Made by a program: the position numbers and the translations under genes. From Eimeria praecox (lineage: Eukaryota): a DNA stretch of 64,000 nucleotides. The stretch is from the NCBI GenBank assembly GCA_963920595.1, contig OY986946.1, positions 8,060,001-8,124,000 on the forward strand, given 5' to 3'. Every line of letters starts with the position of its first letter. The stretch's first letter is position 1. The notes below the pieces were generated by a model. The model was not told the origin of the DNA. It ran no database searches and saw only the letters and a program-made list of their open reading frames with translations. Below, in pieces: positions 50,731 through 64,000 of the stretch.

Positions 50731-52653
50731 CCCTCCGTTGGACACGAAAAGCGATGGATTGAATTGGCTATTCCGGTATTTGAACATATTAGGGTTGCTT
50801 TGCCTTGGGAGTCCTAAGTGGGTTTTTCCTACGGTGCATCTGCTGGCTTCCTATAGAGGACACGCCTGATAAGGCACAGCTGTCGACTTTGTTCCAGCAA
50901 TTTTCACCGTACGACGGGTTCCTGTTGACGCATTTTCGAAGCTAACTGTGAGAATTTGGGAAGCGAATAAGAAACTAATGCTTGTGCATTTGCGAGATCT
51001 TGATGCTCACCAGCATTGCTCTTCTCGGAAGCCCCCTCTTGAGGATTTGAGGGAAATAACACCTACCGATGAATAGTGGAGGACGAAGGCCCCATGTTTT
51101 TCTGCCAATCTGTTCGATCTGATCTCGGCTGCGTTGCTTGACCGCCAAGCCTGCGCGGAGAAAACAACGCCATATGATGGTCCAGGATCCATTCTAGCCC
51201 CCTGGTTGGTTTCGTGCGGTTTCTGTCAGGCTCCGACCGATTGAGTAGCAGCAGCGGAATCATCTCAATGCGTCGTATATTTACTAGGTTGTGGAGGAGA
51301 GCTAACAAGTTTCCATTAGAACGGGAGAACACGGGACTTTGAACGTTAGTCATTTAGTCGGAGAGTTGGGGAAAATTGACGAGTTGAATGCTAAGCAGAG
51401 ATCGGACTGCCGAAAATTGACTCACAAGCGCTGGATTAACGCTGAGCACGCCGGTTGCCCCCCTCTTCAACGGTCATCTATTCCCGACTTTACTCATGAG
51501 GCTACTCACCGTGGATAGTGCCGTAGTCAGGATTAGTGCTGTCTTGCCAGTTTCAATTCGAGCTTGTGTGCCAACTGAGCAGCGAGTGATTCAGAGCTTC
51601 GCCATGCCTCTCTGATGAGCCTAAGGAGGCTGCCAACCACATATTTTTTGTCTAAATTAATATCTAAGGAGGTAATGCTTTAGATAATTCTTGGTCCTTG
51701 TACAAAGGCTAGTGGACGGCGCTGGGAGCCAGCGGATGGAGCTCTCTTAGTACTTCTGTGCTACATTTCCGTGTGTGTGTACTATATTTCACTTGAAGGA
51801 ACCTAAACAGCGGCTGGTGTTTGGGCTTCTTTTTACAAACACTCCTTTTCGCGTCCCGCGATTAAGCTGCCCAGAGCACCCTAGCGGCTGCGCTGCTCGG
51901 GCCAGAGTTGCCGGTTCATTGTACACAGAACGAGCGCGCTCTGGGGATTATACCATAAATAACAGTTTTTCTAACGATAGAAGAAAGATTGAAGGGCATG
52001 AGTCAACGCAGACCAGACAGTATTCCAAGTCGCAAGGGCACAATAGCAGTGTGTTTCAGCGGGAGCGTAAGGGTCACGAGCTTCCCCTGTCAGCACGCGT
52101 GGGGCCTGGCTCCTCAAGTGATATTCTGAAAACAATCCCAGTGTTGCTCATTCCCCGAAGTTTTGTGTTGGCTAGAACGACGAGAACTCTCATAGCTGTA
52201 CGGTTCTCCTTGCCCCCTGAACGCGTCACACTAACTGGCAAGAAGCGCGAAGGGAAGCATCCTATCCCGTGCAAACCATCCCATTGTGCTCTGCTTACAC
52301 AACGTCAAGTATTTGTAATCTCATATTGAAGTATGATAATTTATGCTGACCTCTGGGGATTATTCGGATTGCGAAGCGGCCGATCGCCTGTTGTGTCCAC
52401 TAGGTGACCACAGTATCATTCGTCCGTTCCTTCACGTCCGAAGAACTCCTTGGCTGTGCATGAAGGATGATTGCCTGGGTTTTAAATCTTTCCATTCTAG
52501 AAGCTAATGCCTGATTGTCCCGCGCCGGAAGCGGAAGTGTTGAGAGGGAGAAGTTAGGAGACCACAGCAGGCACTGCTGAGGAGGTGCTACGACTTGCCG
52601 GTCTTCATCCCCTTTTATTGTGAATGCCGCAGAGCTTACTCTGTCCTACGAAA

Positions 52654-54324
52654 ATGCGCTGGGCTCGATGCTACCTGCTGTTTCCTCTGGGACTACTGCT
52701 CTTGGGTTTCAAAGGCAAGAAACTTCTCAGACACGCCGGTGACCTGTGATTGTTGTACTGCGTAAATGAAACATCCCCCAAAACTGCCTTCGCCTGTATC
52801 TGTGCCCTTAGTATTATAGTCTGGTTCATACAGGGTTGCAGTTGTGGTTAATTCTGACAGGAATAGGAAGCTTCAAGTTACACTGTTCTTGGCCAGACGC
52901 TCTTCAGTTGTAGCTGCAATTCTTGGGCTGCGTGTCCCCAGTGCGTTGCCGATGCACAGAATACTGCCAAATCATTTCAGAAGTTGAAGGCCTACTTGAA
53001 GGGAAGCTGGCTGGGCTACGCCATCGATCTGCGACTGTGAATTCATCTGCAAGCAGCCCGGTGAGCCACCATGAAAAGGGCGAACAAACATTAGAGAACA
53101 GATGGAGCTGGTGAAGAATTAATAGCAATGCTTTAACTTATTAAGCTTTCTGATATCGGGTGCAGGGCTCTTTTTGCAACATAGTTCATACGACGGGCCC
53201 TTGAGATGGGTTGCTGCCCTTGAGCCCATCCGCACCGTTGGCTATATGCTGAATGTGACTTTGTGCTACCTCTTCATCAACAGGAGCAGCTTCAAATCAC
53301 TTCGGAGGTTGGTCTTCTCAGCGATAACAGCTCTTCAGAAAAAGAGCGAGCCCTAGGCTTGCTAGAAAGAAGGCGGAATGAGGCTGTTGCTCGTGATTTG
53401 AACACCTCAAGCACTGCAGTGCATCGGAGCCAGGTAAATAAGGATGAAGAGACGAGAGCGAACAAGAATGAAGAAAAGCGACAATGCAGTTACGGATGCA
53501 AGAAAGACTGGCTTGGAGATGGCTGGTGTGACAGCGCTTGCAACACGGAGGCTTGCGACTTCGACGAAGGGGACTGCCTCGGGTGGTGCTCGGGAGATTG
53601 CAAGCCTTCCTGGGAAGGCGACGGCTACTGTGATGCTGCATGCTACGTAGCCGCATGCAACTGGGACCGGGGTGACTGCGCAGGATGGAGGGATCAGGGA
53701 GTGCAGCCAGTAGAGCGCCGGGCACTGCAGCAGAAGCAGAAACAACTCCAGCAGCACCGTCTTCAGCTGCCGGAGTGTAAGTGTGAGCGCAGACTCCTCG
53801 TGAACGGCTCATGCACGCCAGAGTGCAATCTACCTGAGTGTCTTTTCGACGGCGGTGAATGCCTTGACATGTGTAACGCTAAGTGTTCAAAGTCCTGGCT
53901 TGGCGACGGAGACTGCGACCGCGAGTGTGACACGGCCGAATGCGGTTATGACAAAGGCGACTGCGACAGCACGACAAACGCTACTATGCGAGCGATGCGC
54001 GAGGCAAATGGAACCGCAGACGTGTGCGACTCGACATGCAGACTGTGGATGATTGGAAATGGTGTCTGTGATAAGCAATGCAATAATACCGCATGCGGGT
54101 ATGATAACGGAGATTGCGATAATATCACTGCAGTGGTGGAAGTAGATTATTCCGTTAAGCCTGAGGCAGTGTACCAATTCTGTGCCAAAGAGTGGATAGG
54201 CGACGGGCATTGCGACGCCAACTGCTACAACAAACCGAGCAGGTGGGATGGGGGCGACTGTGAAGGGACAGAATTTGAAAGGGAACAGACAGCAAAGGGC
54301 ATCGGGCCTCAGTTTGACCAGTAA
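52654..54324 (+). CDS. Secreted LNR (Lin-12/Notch repeat) protein with six repeats
   Basis: Exon 53284-54324 has six C..C...W.GDG.CD..C....C.YD.GDC units (third and sixth degenerate). Inferred upstream exons 52654-52714 (MRWARCYLLFPLGLLLLGFK, signal-like) and 52960-53060 join in frame. The first intron requires a GC donor. Confidence 0.85.
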
Positions 54325-56098
54325 TGAGCAGACTCGGCTTGTAGTTCTACACCAGTGTAGTTGATGCATTCAAGTGCAACGACCCTGTGCCCTCCAGTGG
54401 TTATTTAAGCGGCATGGGGGCTCTGTCCCACCCACACAGTAAAAGTGTAACTACCGTCAGCGCACTGGCTTAGCAGCTGTTCGCCCTGGCAGGCCGCCAG
54501 TGAGTCCGGCAGATATAATGAAGTGCGTGCCTCTCAAAGGAAAAAAACCACAAAGGAAAAAACCATCAAACTTTCAGCACTTTTTCTTCGATCCTCTCTT
54601 TAGCCTTTTATACCCTAGAGGATTGCTCATGCTGCAAGGGCATGCATGTTTGTGCCTTCCTGCTGCTACATTGGACAGCAACCTACTACTCCATGAGGTT
54701 CGCTGACTACCACAAACGTAGGGGGCTGATCACCTATAAAGCTTTTCATTATATGGCTCCTTGAGAAAGTCTCAAACAATTTGACGCATATTCTCAGCTG
54801 CCATTCAGGAACTTCCCGACTGGCTACCGTACCTGAGACCTCCACGAGAAAAAACAAGGTAAACCGGAGCCTTCAGGTGGGTTTCCACCACCGTTAGCGT
54901 TTTTAGGTGGGAAGTCGGCGCAGAAGTGTCGTTCCTGGCCTTAGATCTACACAATTGGGAATACTCAACTTCGTTTCACGAGGGCTTCGAAGCCGAAGTG
55001 GACCGCCGTCAAGGCGTTGGCTAGGTAAATAGAGGAAGTGCTCTAAAATTCCCCAAAACACTCTTTTTTAATCTAAAAGCTACGGTCTTTCACGAACTTG
55101 AAGGGAGGTGAACATAGTCGCACGGCAAAGGTCGCGTCGAGGCTGGCTAACACCACGTCTGCCTATGCGTGTCCAATGCGTCCCAGTGGATTTTTGCCTC
55201 TATGTAACTAAATACAATAACGAACACGTACTCCTGTGAATAAACAAGGGGCCTCTGCGGCTACATGAAGCATTTCGGTGGCTGACTGCCCCGTTCGGTG
55301 CGGCTGTCTTGCGCAAGGTAGAGTTGGCTCTGAAAGAGTAAGAAGTGCTACTGATTTTCATTAAATAGAAGTGAAAAGATATATAATTGCGTGAATGAAC
55401 TATTATTACATACCATGCAGGCCGGGGTTCAATAAGAGGCCTCGTGAAATATCGGAGCTGGATGGTCGCGGTGGTTTGGCCGCTGTCCAAACCATCGGCC
55501 CAGGGCCCCCTGCGCGGTTGCCGCGTCATTGGCTGGCTGCAAACCTGAGGACCTCCTTCGACAATACATTATTATTTGGGCATCACATTATATATTTGGG
55601 CTTTTTAAGCCATTCAATTAACAACGTGGACATATTTCTCGCCACAAAAGGGAGGCGAACATACTTCGGGACTACACGAGCCAGCAGAGTCAGAGCGCCA
55701 GCAGTTTCAGAGTGATCTGTCTCTTCAAAGCTCTTCTGCCTCATTCACTCAGAGAAATCGATTTTTTGATATTCAGTTTGTTTTGGAAGCTATTCGCATG
55801 TTTTAAGCCTGCTATTGCGTAGACACCGTTGCTGCGGGAAGGAAAATCCCGCTCAACGGGGAAAACCCACGAGGGCCATCAAGTTGAAATCGGTGAGCTT
55901 GCTAGTCAAGGGTTTCAACCGCCAGGTCTTCTTCTGCCCGGCTGTTTCTGCCCGGCTGTATCTCTTTCAGCTTAGTTTTCAGTTGCTCAACTCAAAACAA
56001 ATACATCTGTAAGAGAAGGCCAGGGAGGTTCCTTCAGTTGTCCAGCGATTCTTCTACCAGTTTTCATCAGGGTAAACAATTTTGAGGAGCGCTTCCGA

Positions 56099-59000
56099 AT
56101 GGCTTCACAATGTGAGGGGGTTAAGAACCTCCCCAGCAAAAGGGGGTCTGTTTCCCCAACCAGTGCATCTGTTCACTGCTCACGGTTTATAGTGGACTCC
56201 AGCGCGGGGCAGGCCCACAAGATGCGAGCACGAAGACATCGCTTGTTTGGGGAGAATACTTCGGTGGCGGTCATGTTCGGAGTACTTGTGGCATTAGCTA
56301 TATCTACCGGCGTTGAGCACGCACAGGGTAAGCAAAGGAGTGCTCTGGAAATCTCTCCCACTGGACGACTGGCTTAAGCCGATAATACATACCACGATCC
56401 TAGGCAACTATGTGTGTGCTCTTCCAGGATCCCCCACGCGTGGAGGCTCAGAATGGTCACCTGAAACTGGGGTACGCACGCACGCGTATAGAAAAAGTTA
56501 TATCTTGAGCTAGGTTGGACTTTGCCGTAGTGCCTATCAAAGCACTAGTTTTATTCGGGGAATCTCTGAGTCCATACCAGTTGCGAGTTGGGTATTGTTC
56601 AGGCGTCACTACTGGCTTCGGATCCTTCCTTACGGGAGTCGTTTTACTCTCATGAGGTCGCTCTAGGAGAGGTTCAACTAGAGCGGCCGGTTGGGGCTGC
56701 AGCAGCGAGCCTGCTTCAGAATGCTGCAGGTGCATCTCGAGAGGGCGGTGGAGATTCCACAGGAACTGGAGAAGGACCCTTACAAACCCAGTCAGCACCT
56801 TCTGGGGAGGGCGCTGCACAACAGCCCGGAGCTGTTCAACAGGACCCTCTCCAGGAGTCGCCGGAAACTCCAGCACAAGCAGCGCCTTCACGAAGCCCTA
56901 CCAAAGGAACGCCCGAGACCTTCCAGGTATCTAATGAAAAGACCCAGACCAAGCCTGGGCCCGTATACATACATCTTTGTTCAGTCACTACAACGCCATT
57001 CCACCTGTTTAGCTCGCATTCCTAGCAACACTTAGATGGCACAGCGGCTTCTCATTACATCATGATACCGGCTTACGTTTGTTCTCAGGCATCGGAATTT
57101 GCGCAGGGCACCACAGTCTTGAAAGGAGTCACGATATCAGTTAGTTCCTCCATTATTCAGGGTGCCAAGGTGGTCCAAGTTGCAGCCTTTAGGGGAGGTG
57201 CTGCCGTCGCCGTCTTCAATCTCACCACGACCACTGCAGAGAAAATGAAGCTGCTCCATGACCTATCCTCACTAGCCGCAAACCCAGAAGCCCGGTTTGA
57301 GCTAACATGGGAGGCGATTTCCCCAACATCTGGGAAATTGAAGCTGAAACTGGAGTCCGCCTACAATGCTGCCGCTAGCAAACCAACTGTACGCGTTTCG
57401 CTCACCAGTAAGATGATGATCCTACTGATCATCATCCTAACAGGGCCACAGCTGTTTTGTGCAAGCACTTCCGTCATTGAAAACTTGTCAACCCTTTGAT
57501 TGTGATTAGGTGACCTTGACGTTCGACTTCAAACACGTGGTGGGCACACGACAAAGCGTCGATACGGTTACCGCAAGCATTCCGAAGGAAATGCTACTGC
57601 AATTCAAACAGCTCATGGAGTTCAAAGATTGGCTGGCGGAAAACGCGCATCCTCCTATCCTTAGGCAAGGAGCAGCCTTTCAGATAACTCGGATGAGGTT
57701 AGTTGGTGCAGAGAAGCAGCGATTTGAGGTTAAAGGCGAAGAGCAAGCGCTACACTGGCTGCATCAGGTTGCAGCAAGGAAAGACCCTGTTCTGTCTGTG
57801 GCTGGGGAGATGGAAAGAAATGTAAGCCAGTGCTTCTCGTGCGTCCGACAAAGATGCAATTGCATAGTTCCACCCACTTCATAATCAACTAGTTCCAGAA
57901 GGCCGTGCTTCCTGTTTTCTGCTCATTCCTTCATAGGCCATAATCGAGATTCCGTATTTTGAAGACGTCAGTTGGCCTACGCTGCTCAAGCTAAAAGGCC
58001 TAGTCGATGAATCAGCAAAGGGGCACACTTCTCTCAGCTCCTTCGCAGGAACAGTACCAGGGTTGAAAACAGAAAAGTTTAATGTACCCGCCTCTTGGTT
58101 TGGATTGCCACCTGAACAGCAGTATGAGCTCTGGCTAAATGGAAGGCAGCCAGGTGCTACTGGAGTTACCCCTGGCCAGCTAAATGTTTCGAAGCTGTTT
58201 GGCCCTGGGTATACCGCTGGATCCCCCCCACTCCTATTCTTCGATCATGTTGGCCAACCCTTCGGCGCCAACAAACAGCCAGATAATCTCTCCCTCTTCG
58301 GCACGCGTATGACGCCTGTGGAAAAACTTCCTGACTATGTGGCGGGACAATTTTCACCAGCGGTAAGTGAAGGCACACCAGAGTGTTCCCATTTGTACGA
58401 ATAGCTACATGGCACAGCATCTATATTAGGCGATACCAACACTAGTGACGACTGTTCTACGTGCCTTTATTTGCAGATAGTCGCAAAGATTGTGTTTCCC
58501 GGAGGAGCTGCTGCCACACACACAATTAGCCCGGTGCGCGAGTGGCACAAAACAGAAAAGCGATATTCTGAGTTGCGAGCCGCTCTGGCTCCTAAGGAGC
58601 CTGAAAAGCAAGGCGCCTTGCTAAGCGTAGGCGTAAACGGAAAGGTGTATCCGCTAGTAGCAGAATTCGTGGAACAGTATCCCACACTTCTCCATCTACT
58701 GGCACACCTGGCCACCGAAGATCCGTCATTCGCTCTCAACGATGTCACCCTCAACTTTGGGGCAAGCGTGCCCCGGTCAGTGCAAGCCATATTTATTTTG
58801 GAAACGCCAGAAGGCGTACAGCCATGGTGTATCTTTCAATATGAGATCCCAATCACGAAACGAAACACAGTTGTTATCAAATCTCTCTTGACAAAAGCAC
58901 GAAAAACAGCCGAGTCGCCGGGGGGATGCAACATTCTTAACGCCAGAGGATTGCGGTTCGAAACAATTACGGCAGTAGCCCATGTAATTCAGCGTGAGCC

Positions 59001-62000
59001 GGAACTCAAGACAGCTAACAGGCAGCAGCTCAACTTCAAGGGCTCTTCAGCTGAGTGCAAACGCCTAGGCGCCATATTTACGGAGGCCCACAGAAGAGGC
59101 CAACCTCTTGCTGTATACTTCAGCGCAACGGTATGCTTTTAATGCTTTCGAGCTAATACAGGGTCGTTTTGTTTTCGTTTAGTGAGCGCTGCATGTTTAT
59201 TTCACCCAATATCTGTTGCCATTCTGTTTCAGCACCTACTGAGAGGCAGTGTTGAAATCCCAAGGTTCGATAGGGAAGGCCGAGAAAAAAAACCCAGCAT
59301 AAAAACGGTAACATCCAGGGTGAATATGAACGAGAAATATCCGGAGTTGTTAATGGACTTCCAAAAGTCATTTTCGAAGTTCAAAGTGCCAACAATGGAA
59401 TTTCCGTACGTCCAGCGCGCAGGCAAGCCAGAGGCGAGTGCTCTGCCGCTTGGTTACATTCCAGAAAAATGGTATCATGAATCACCGGGGAAAGTAAAAG
59501 TCATCTGGCACCCTAAGGCAAGCCTCACTGACGTTGTAGAGTAACTGCCGTAGAGAACCTTTGCATTTTAGCGGTTTCTATCCTGTTCTGACTGTGGCTC
59601 TCCTTATGTTGAGACAAGCTGACTTGGCTTTTTGTGTGATGCAGTTCCCTATACTCGGCGATCACGACACGTTTACCGACGAAAGTGGGCCTCACAAAGC
59701 GGGAGAGGCAGTGAACATCCCCCTACGCCCAGGGGCTGCGGCTCTAACGGGTCCTTTCACTGTTATTCATCAATGGCTGAAACAGCATATACCGAACTTA
59801 CGGCTACCTGTAGACCTTGAGAGTATGCCTGCCGAAGATCGCAACTCTCTTTTCAATAGAATTATCGTTGAAGTTGAAGGTGGCGAGAAGATTAGGCTAA
59901 TCGATATTCTCAGGCCGCTCCTTCACACACCTAACTGGAAGGCGTTAAACCCTGCTGACCTTCAACTGCCTTACCATCTTTTGACCTTGCCAGTCAAGAA
60001 TATGTTCGTAGAGGTGAGCTACGTGATGAGTGCCGCTTCGCTAAATGTGCTGAACGTTTGATGCTAGCGTCGACAAACCTGACTGTGACTGTTTTGCGGA
60101 TCTGTTATTTTGAACAGGGTACCCTAGATTTCATTGTCACCACCCCCGATGGAGGACAAGAAGCGCACACTGTCCCGATTCGTCCTGGGGAGTCATGGGG
60201 TGCAGCTGCAGATAGCTTTTTCCACAGCTACCCCCAAGTGGATAGAGAAAAAACGAAACTTTCGTTGTTCGATAATAATGGAAGTCCGGTTGCAGTTCGA
60301 CCGGATACTCCGGTTTATGTGGGAGTTAAAGAAGCTATCGAACAGCGGCGCAAGGTGAGATTTGTTTGTAAGCGTCTGCAGAAAGTTTGCCGGAGCTATT
60401 CAAGCTCAAACGCCAGCTGTATTTGTTTTGTTTAAAGCAAAGGTAGCAAACCGGATGGTTTGGCTCACATATTGGCCATTTCCGGTGCCTTTGCTTGCAT
60501 CAGGGCCTTCAAATAACTTTGGAGACGCCTGCCGGGAGATTCACCACATGCTATCGCCAAGACGTGGAGAAGAACAAGTGTCTTGTTGTTTCGATGCATA
60601 CAGTATTTTGCGGGAGGATTAAAGGCATTTCAGAACGTGCAGAAAGATGGGAAAGACAATGCAATGCTGCTGATGTAAGCTGCGGTCTTCTTTCCGGCGC
60701 ATTCCCACCGCTAATGAGAATGTTTAGTTAAGTAGGCCCTACCAGCATAATTTGTGTTTCTGTGGGCAGATGCGGAGCGCACATGCTGATGAAGTGCAAC
60801 GCTTTATGGAGCAAAATTTGAGGGGAGCGGACCTCGTCCGGCCCACCAAACTGCGTGACCTGCTTACAATAATAAGGAAATATGTAGCCGCGGCGAGGCC
60901 TGACGTGCTGGCACAACTGAATCTGCCTGACTTGGCTACTTCGCAAGCTGAGATCGCAAAACTCAAGGCTCAAGTTGAAAGCTTGAGGGCCAAGCCAGAC
61001 AAAACGGCTGTTGACTACGATTCTATTAATGCAATTAGGCGAAAAATCAAATCGATTTTGGCGAAAGAAACTAAGTGGGCGATGCCATCATCCCTGACAT
61101 TCTTTCACGTCCAAGAAAAGGGCGTCGAGAGGGACTTGACCGTACCCATAAATAATCCTGAGCTAAGGATGTCAGATGAATTTTGGAGAGTTTACCATAG
61201 CGCCACCCGGCAGTCACCAGAAGCGGCAATGATGGACTTCGCAAATGTCTACGAAATAACGTTCCGAGTTCTTGTAAGCATCCAATTGCAGTTATCCACG
61301 TTCTATACTAATTGGTAGCGTTCTGCTTTGCGTTGCAACATTCATGTTCTCTCACCATTTTGCTTCAGGGAATGGAAGAACGAAGGGAGGAGAGAATTCG
61401 CAAGAAGCACAAGGCAAAAGTAGAGAAGCGAGCGGAAAAGGCGGCTGCTCAAGTCAAGGTAAGAATTGTAACGGGTAGAAGCAAAAACTCCATCGAGAAC
61501 CCGTACATCATAGTGCATAAACGACCCTAATTGATGCCATTAAAACTGCGTTCTGCTCAGATGAAAGTTAAGGTTGTATTTGATGTTGAAAATGAGGAGT
61601 CATCTTCTGACACTGGCGTCGATATCAACTTACCGTCAGATTTCGCTGCAGGCCTGACCATTGGAGGAAAGCGCAGCGTTGTAGCTCAGCTTGGAAAGCT
61701 CTATTCCATACCCAAAAGTTATTTCACATTTGATGGATACCCGCGTGTTGTTCTTGACACCACCAAGGGAGGATTGCCTGCCCTCAAAGTTGCGCTCCAA
61801 GCAGTCTGCTCCCGCAGCGATGGGACCATTGGCATCAGCCCCGCTGAACTTGCTCGCGTACTAACTACACGCGGTGGCTACGGGGAAAAGGACTTGGTTT
61901 TCCTTCTCACAACCTCAGGAGAAAAGCTACGAGTGTCCATTGAGAACCTTCGCCAAATAGCTCCAGAAAAGGCGCGGATGATCATGTTCGGGGTAAGGTG

Positions 62001-64000
62001 TTACCGCAACAAACCTTTTTGCGACAAAACACGTAAGCCCCCCAATGCAGGGTCCCAACAAGTAACTGCGCCTGTTTTCGTGTGCATGCTCAGTGGAGAC
62101 GTACGTTAGCGGACATCAAAGCAGAAGGTGAAGCAAAAGCTAAGGAAAGAGCAGAAGCCGCTGCGGGGGAGGTACGCCACACTTCTGTATCTTCCGCACT
62201 CGCTTACAATTCACGTTGGCCAGTACTTTCCAGTCCCTCCCGCTTAGTGAGAGTATTGCCTCCGAATTAAAACCAATTCTGCTGTGGTGTTCTGTTTCCG
62301 CAGAAGGCGCTCCTTTTCTCAGTCCCCGTAAGTTGCCCTAGCGCTACTCATTGTTGTACATGCTTTACCTGGTAAAACATCAGAATCAGTAGCCTCGCTA
62401 CACTCAATTTGCTGTCCTCAGGTAGCCGATCCTCTACATTGGAGACGCTTGTTGGGACCGTGGCTGTCACGCATGAGAGGCTTTGGACCTTTAACCGACA
62501 CGAAAATCCAGCTTGTCGTGCGCAACGAAAAGGAAGCAAATCCTTCCAACAGAAAGAGCAGATGCCAAGTTTCAACGTTTGGAGAGCTCCTTGAATACAT
62601 AAATGACATGGAAAAGCTCGTGAAGATCTGCCCCGGGCTCCTGAGAGCGTTGACTAACAGGCAACCGTTTGAATTCGAGCTAGGGATCAAATCGCCGCCG
62701 CCTTCAGTAAATTTTAGTCCCTCATTTCTGGAGGCGTCTTTGGTTGAAACAAACGCCACTAACTAAGCCTCAAAAGGTCCAAATAGTTCTCGAACTGAGT
62801 GATGTGGTTTCGTACTCAGGGTTTCCGCCTGTGGAACCGTGCGCATGGAGACCCCGAGAAGAATAGGCGGTATCTGGAACGCCTTGCCGTTGCGTTTGCG
62901 AAAGTGCACGATGACAGCAATGTACAGTGGAAGTTCGCCAAACATAAGGGGAAGATGACACCAGAAAATATCCGCCAAATTAGGATCCTTTTGCAGAGTG
63001 AAAAACCTCGAGATGCCGCCCTTGTTCGAGAAATTTTGGCAATTCTGGGCGTTCCATCTGATGACATTGCAAGACTCACAGGGAGGCTAAATATCTTGAT
63101 TCTACACGAAGTAGGCAAACACGTAATTAATGGCTAGCGCTGAATGCCAATCATGCGGCTTCGTCAATGCAGCACTTGAAATCCCAGCCAAATCTTTCCG
63201 GTGGAATGTGTTTTGTGCTGTCTCTCTGCAGCCTACTGATCAAGACAAGGTGCTGCTGGTAAGTATACCAGCCTCTCCCACTTGACCAATATCGAACAAA
63301 CGAACAAGCTTTCTTCGCACAAAAAACTGGGGAATACTAGGAAAAAGTTGTTGCTTTTTGTGTTATGCTGTTTGCAGCGCGAAGGGGTGGTGACGGTACG
63401 TTGGTGTAATAATGCCATTACTCTACACTAATTGATTCCCAGCTTTGAGTCGTTGGCTTCGATGCTCCCTATCTATACAAGAAGGTAGGTATCTCTTTGA
63501 TGCATGCCATGTTTGCAGATTGACATTGCTAGGGCCAACGGCGCTAGAATTTCTCGCAACATCTCTGCCCATGGCAACCCCAGAACGCCCCTCAATATAG
63601 AATTGCCCAGTGGCGAGTATGCGTTGACGTATAGCTTATACAGTCCCACGCAACAAATAAGCGGCCGTCCTTGCAGCATACGCACGGCCAATGACTTTAA
63701 GGGCATCGTGTGGGAAACAGCGCTTCAGTGGTGTAACCTTCGGTTCGAAGATTTGCGCGGTTTGGCGTCTCCATTTGTCTGGATCGAGGGCACCCAAACG
63801 GCTATGTATCCTTTATCTCAGCCGGTAAATAGGACAAATTATAGAGCATTTCTCTACTGTGGTTCAAATTACTTGCTCTCCTTTACTTGAGTGCGGAGTC
63901 GTAAATGTTTCCTTTGTCTGCTTTGGCCGGGTGTGTACTGCGTCCAACAGGGTACACCAGTCGTTTCCTTCCAAAATGATTTACCACTTGGATTCACTTT
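56099..64000 (+). CDS. RON8: Rhoptry neck protein 8 orthologue (moving-junction component), 3'-truncated by the window
   Basis: About 20 plus-strand exons, e.g. 56099-56327, 56603-56926, 57089-57388, 57510-57821, 57937-58362, 58478-59130, 59645-60013, 60770-61273, 61561-61992. Hydrophobic N-terminal segment present. Collinear similarity to recalled Toxoplasma RON8: TFDFKH, GQPFG...SLFG..MTPVEKL..Y..GQFSPA, GVNGKVYPL.AEF, KTANRQ, KTVTSRVNMN, FPYVQRAGKPEASALPLGYIPEKW, FPIL. Which ATG starts the gene (56099/56222/56273) is uncertain. Confidence 0.85.

Noticed and set aside
51480..51600. HEATHRG peptide resembling an integrase HHCC zinc finger
   Set aside because: Immediately followed by stops, with no correctly spaced CxxC and no DDE core.
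53318..54369. Antisense ORFs over the LNR gene, and similarly over asnA, VPS11, the alveolin and RON8
   Set aside because: Shadow frames of well-supported genes on the opposite strand.

Overview
Eukaryotic, intron-rich genomic DNA from a coccidian apicomplexan, most likely an Eimeria species. Support: CAG/TGC triplet runs, interstitial TTTAGGG arrays, TGCATGCA octamers, an alveolin and a RON8 orthologue. The first ~11.3 kb is microsatellite-rich and the rest is nearly repeat-free. Genes in order: 5'-truncated 12-exon trigger-factor-like gene, probably apicoplast-targeted (+); RPL24 (-), whose first coding-region intron holds a strong unannotated H/ACA snoRNA candidate; intronless Dabb barrel protein (+); intronless bacterial-type asparagine synthetase AsnA (-); VPS11 (+); IMC7/IMC12-type alveolin (-); tandem ubiquitin-like protein (+); hypothetical gene (-); Mog1/RANGRF (-); two more hypothetical genes; a secreted six-LNR-repeat protein with an inferred GC-AG intron (+); and the 5' part of RON8 (+, runs off the window). 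Exon models were read by eye from splice signals and frame continuity. Family calls come from recalled motifs, not database searches. I found no complete novel multi-gene system, CRISPR array or intact transposon. Best leads: the intronic snoRNA, a duplicated splice acceptor carrying a stop codon in the trigger factor gene, the intronless AsnA/Dabb pair and several long perfect palindromes.
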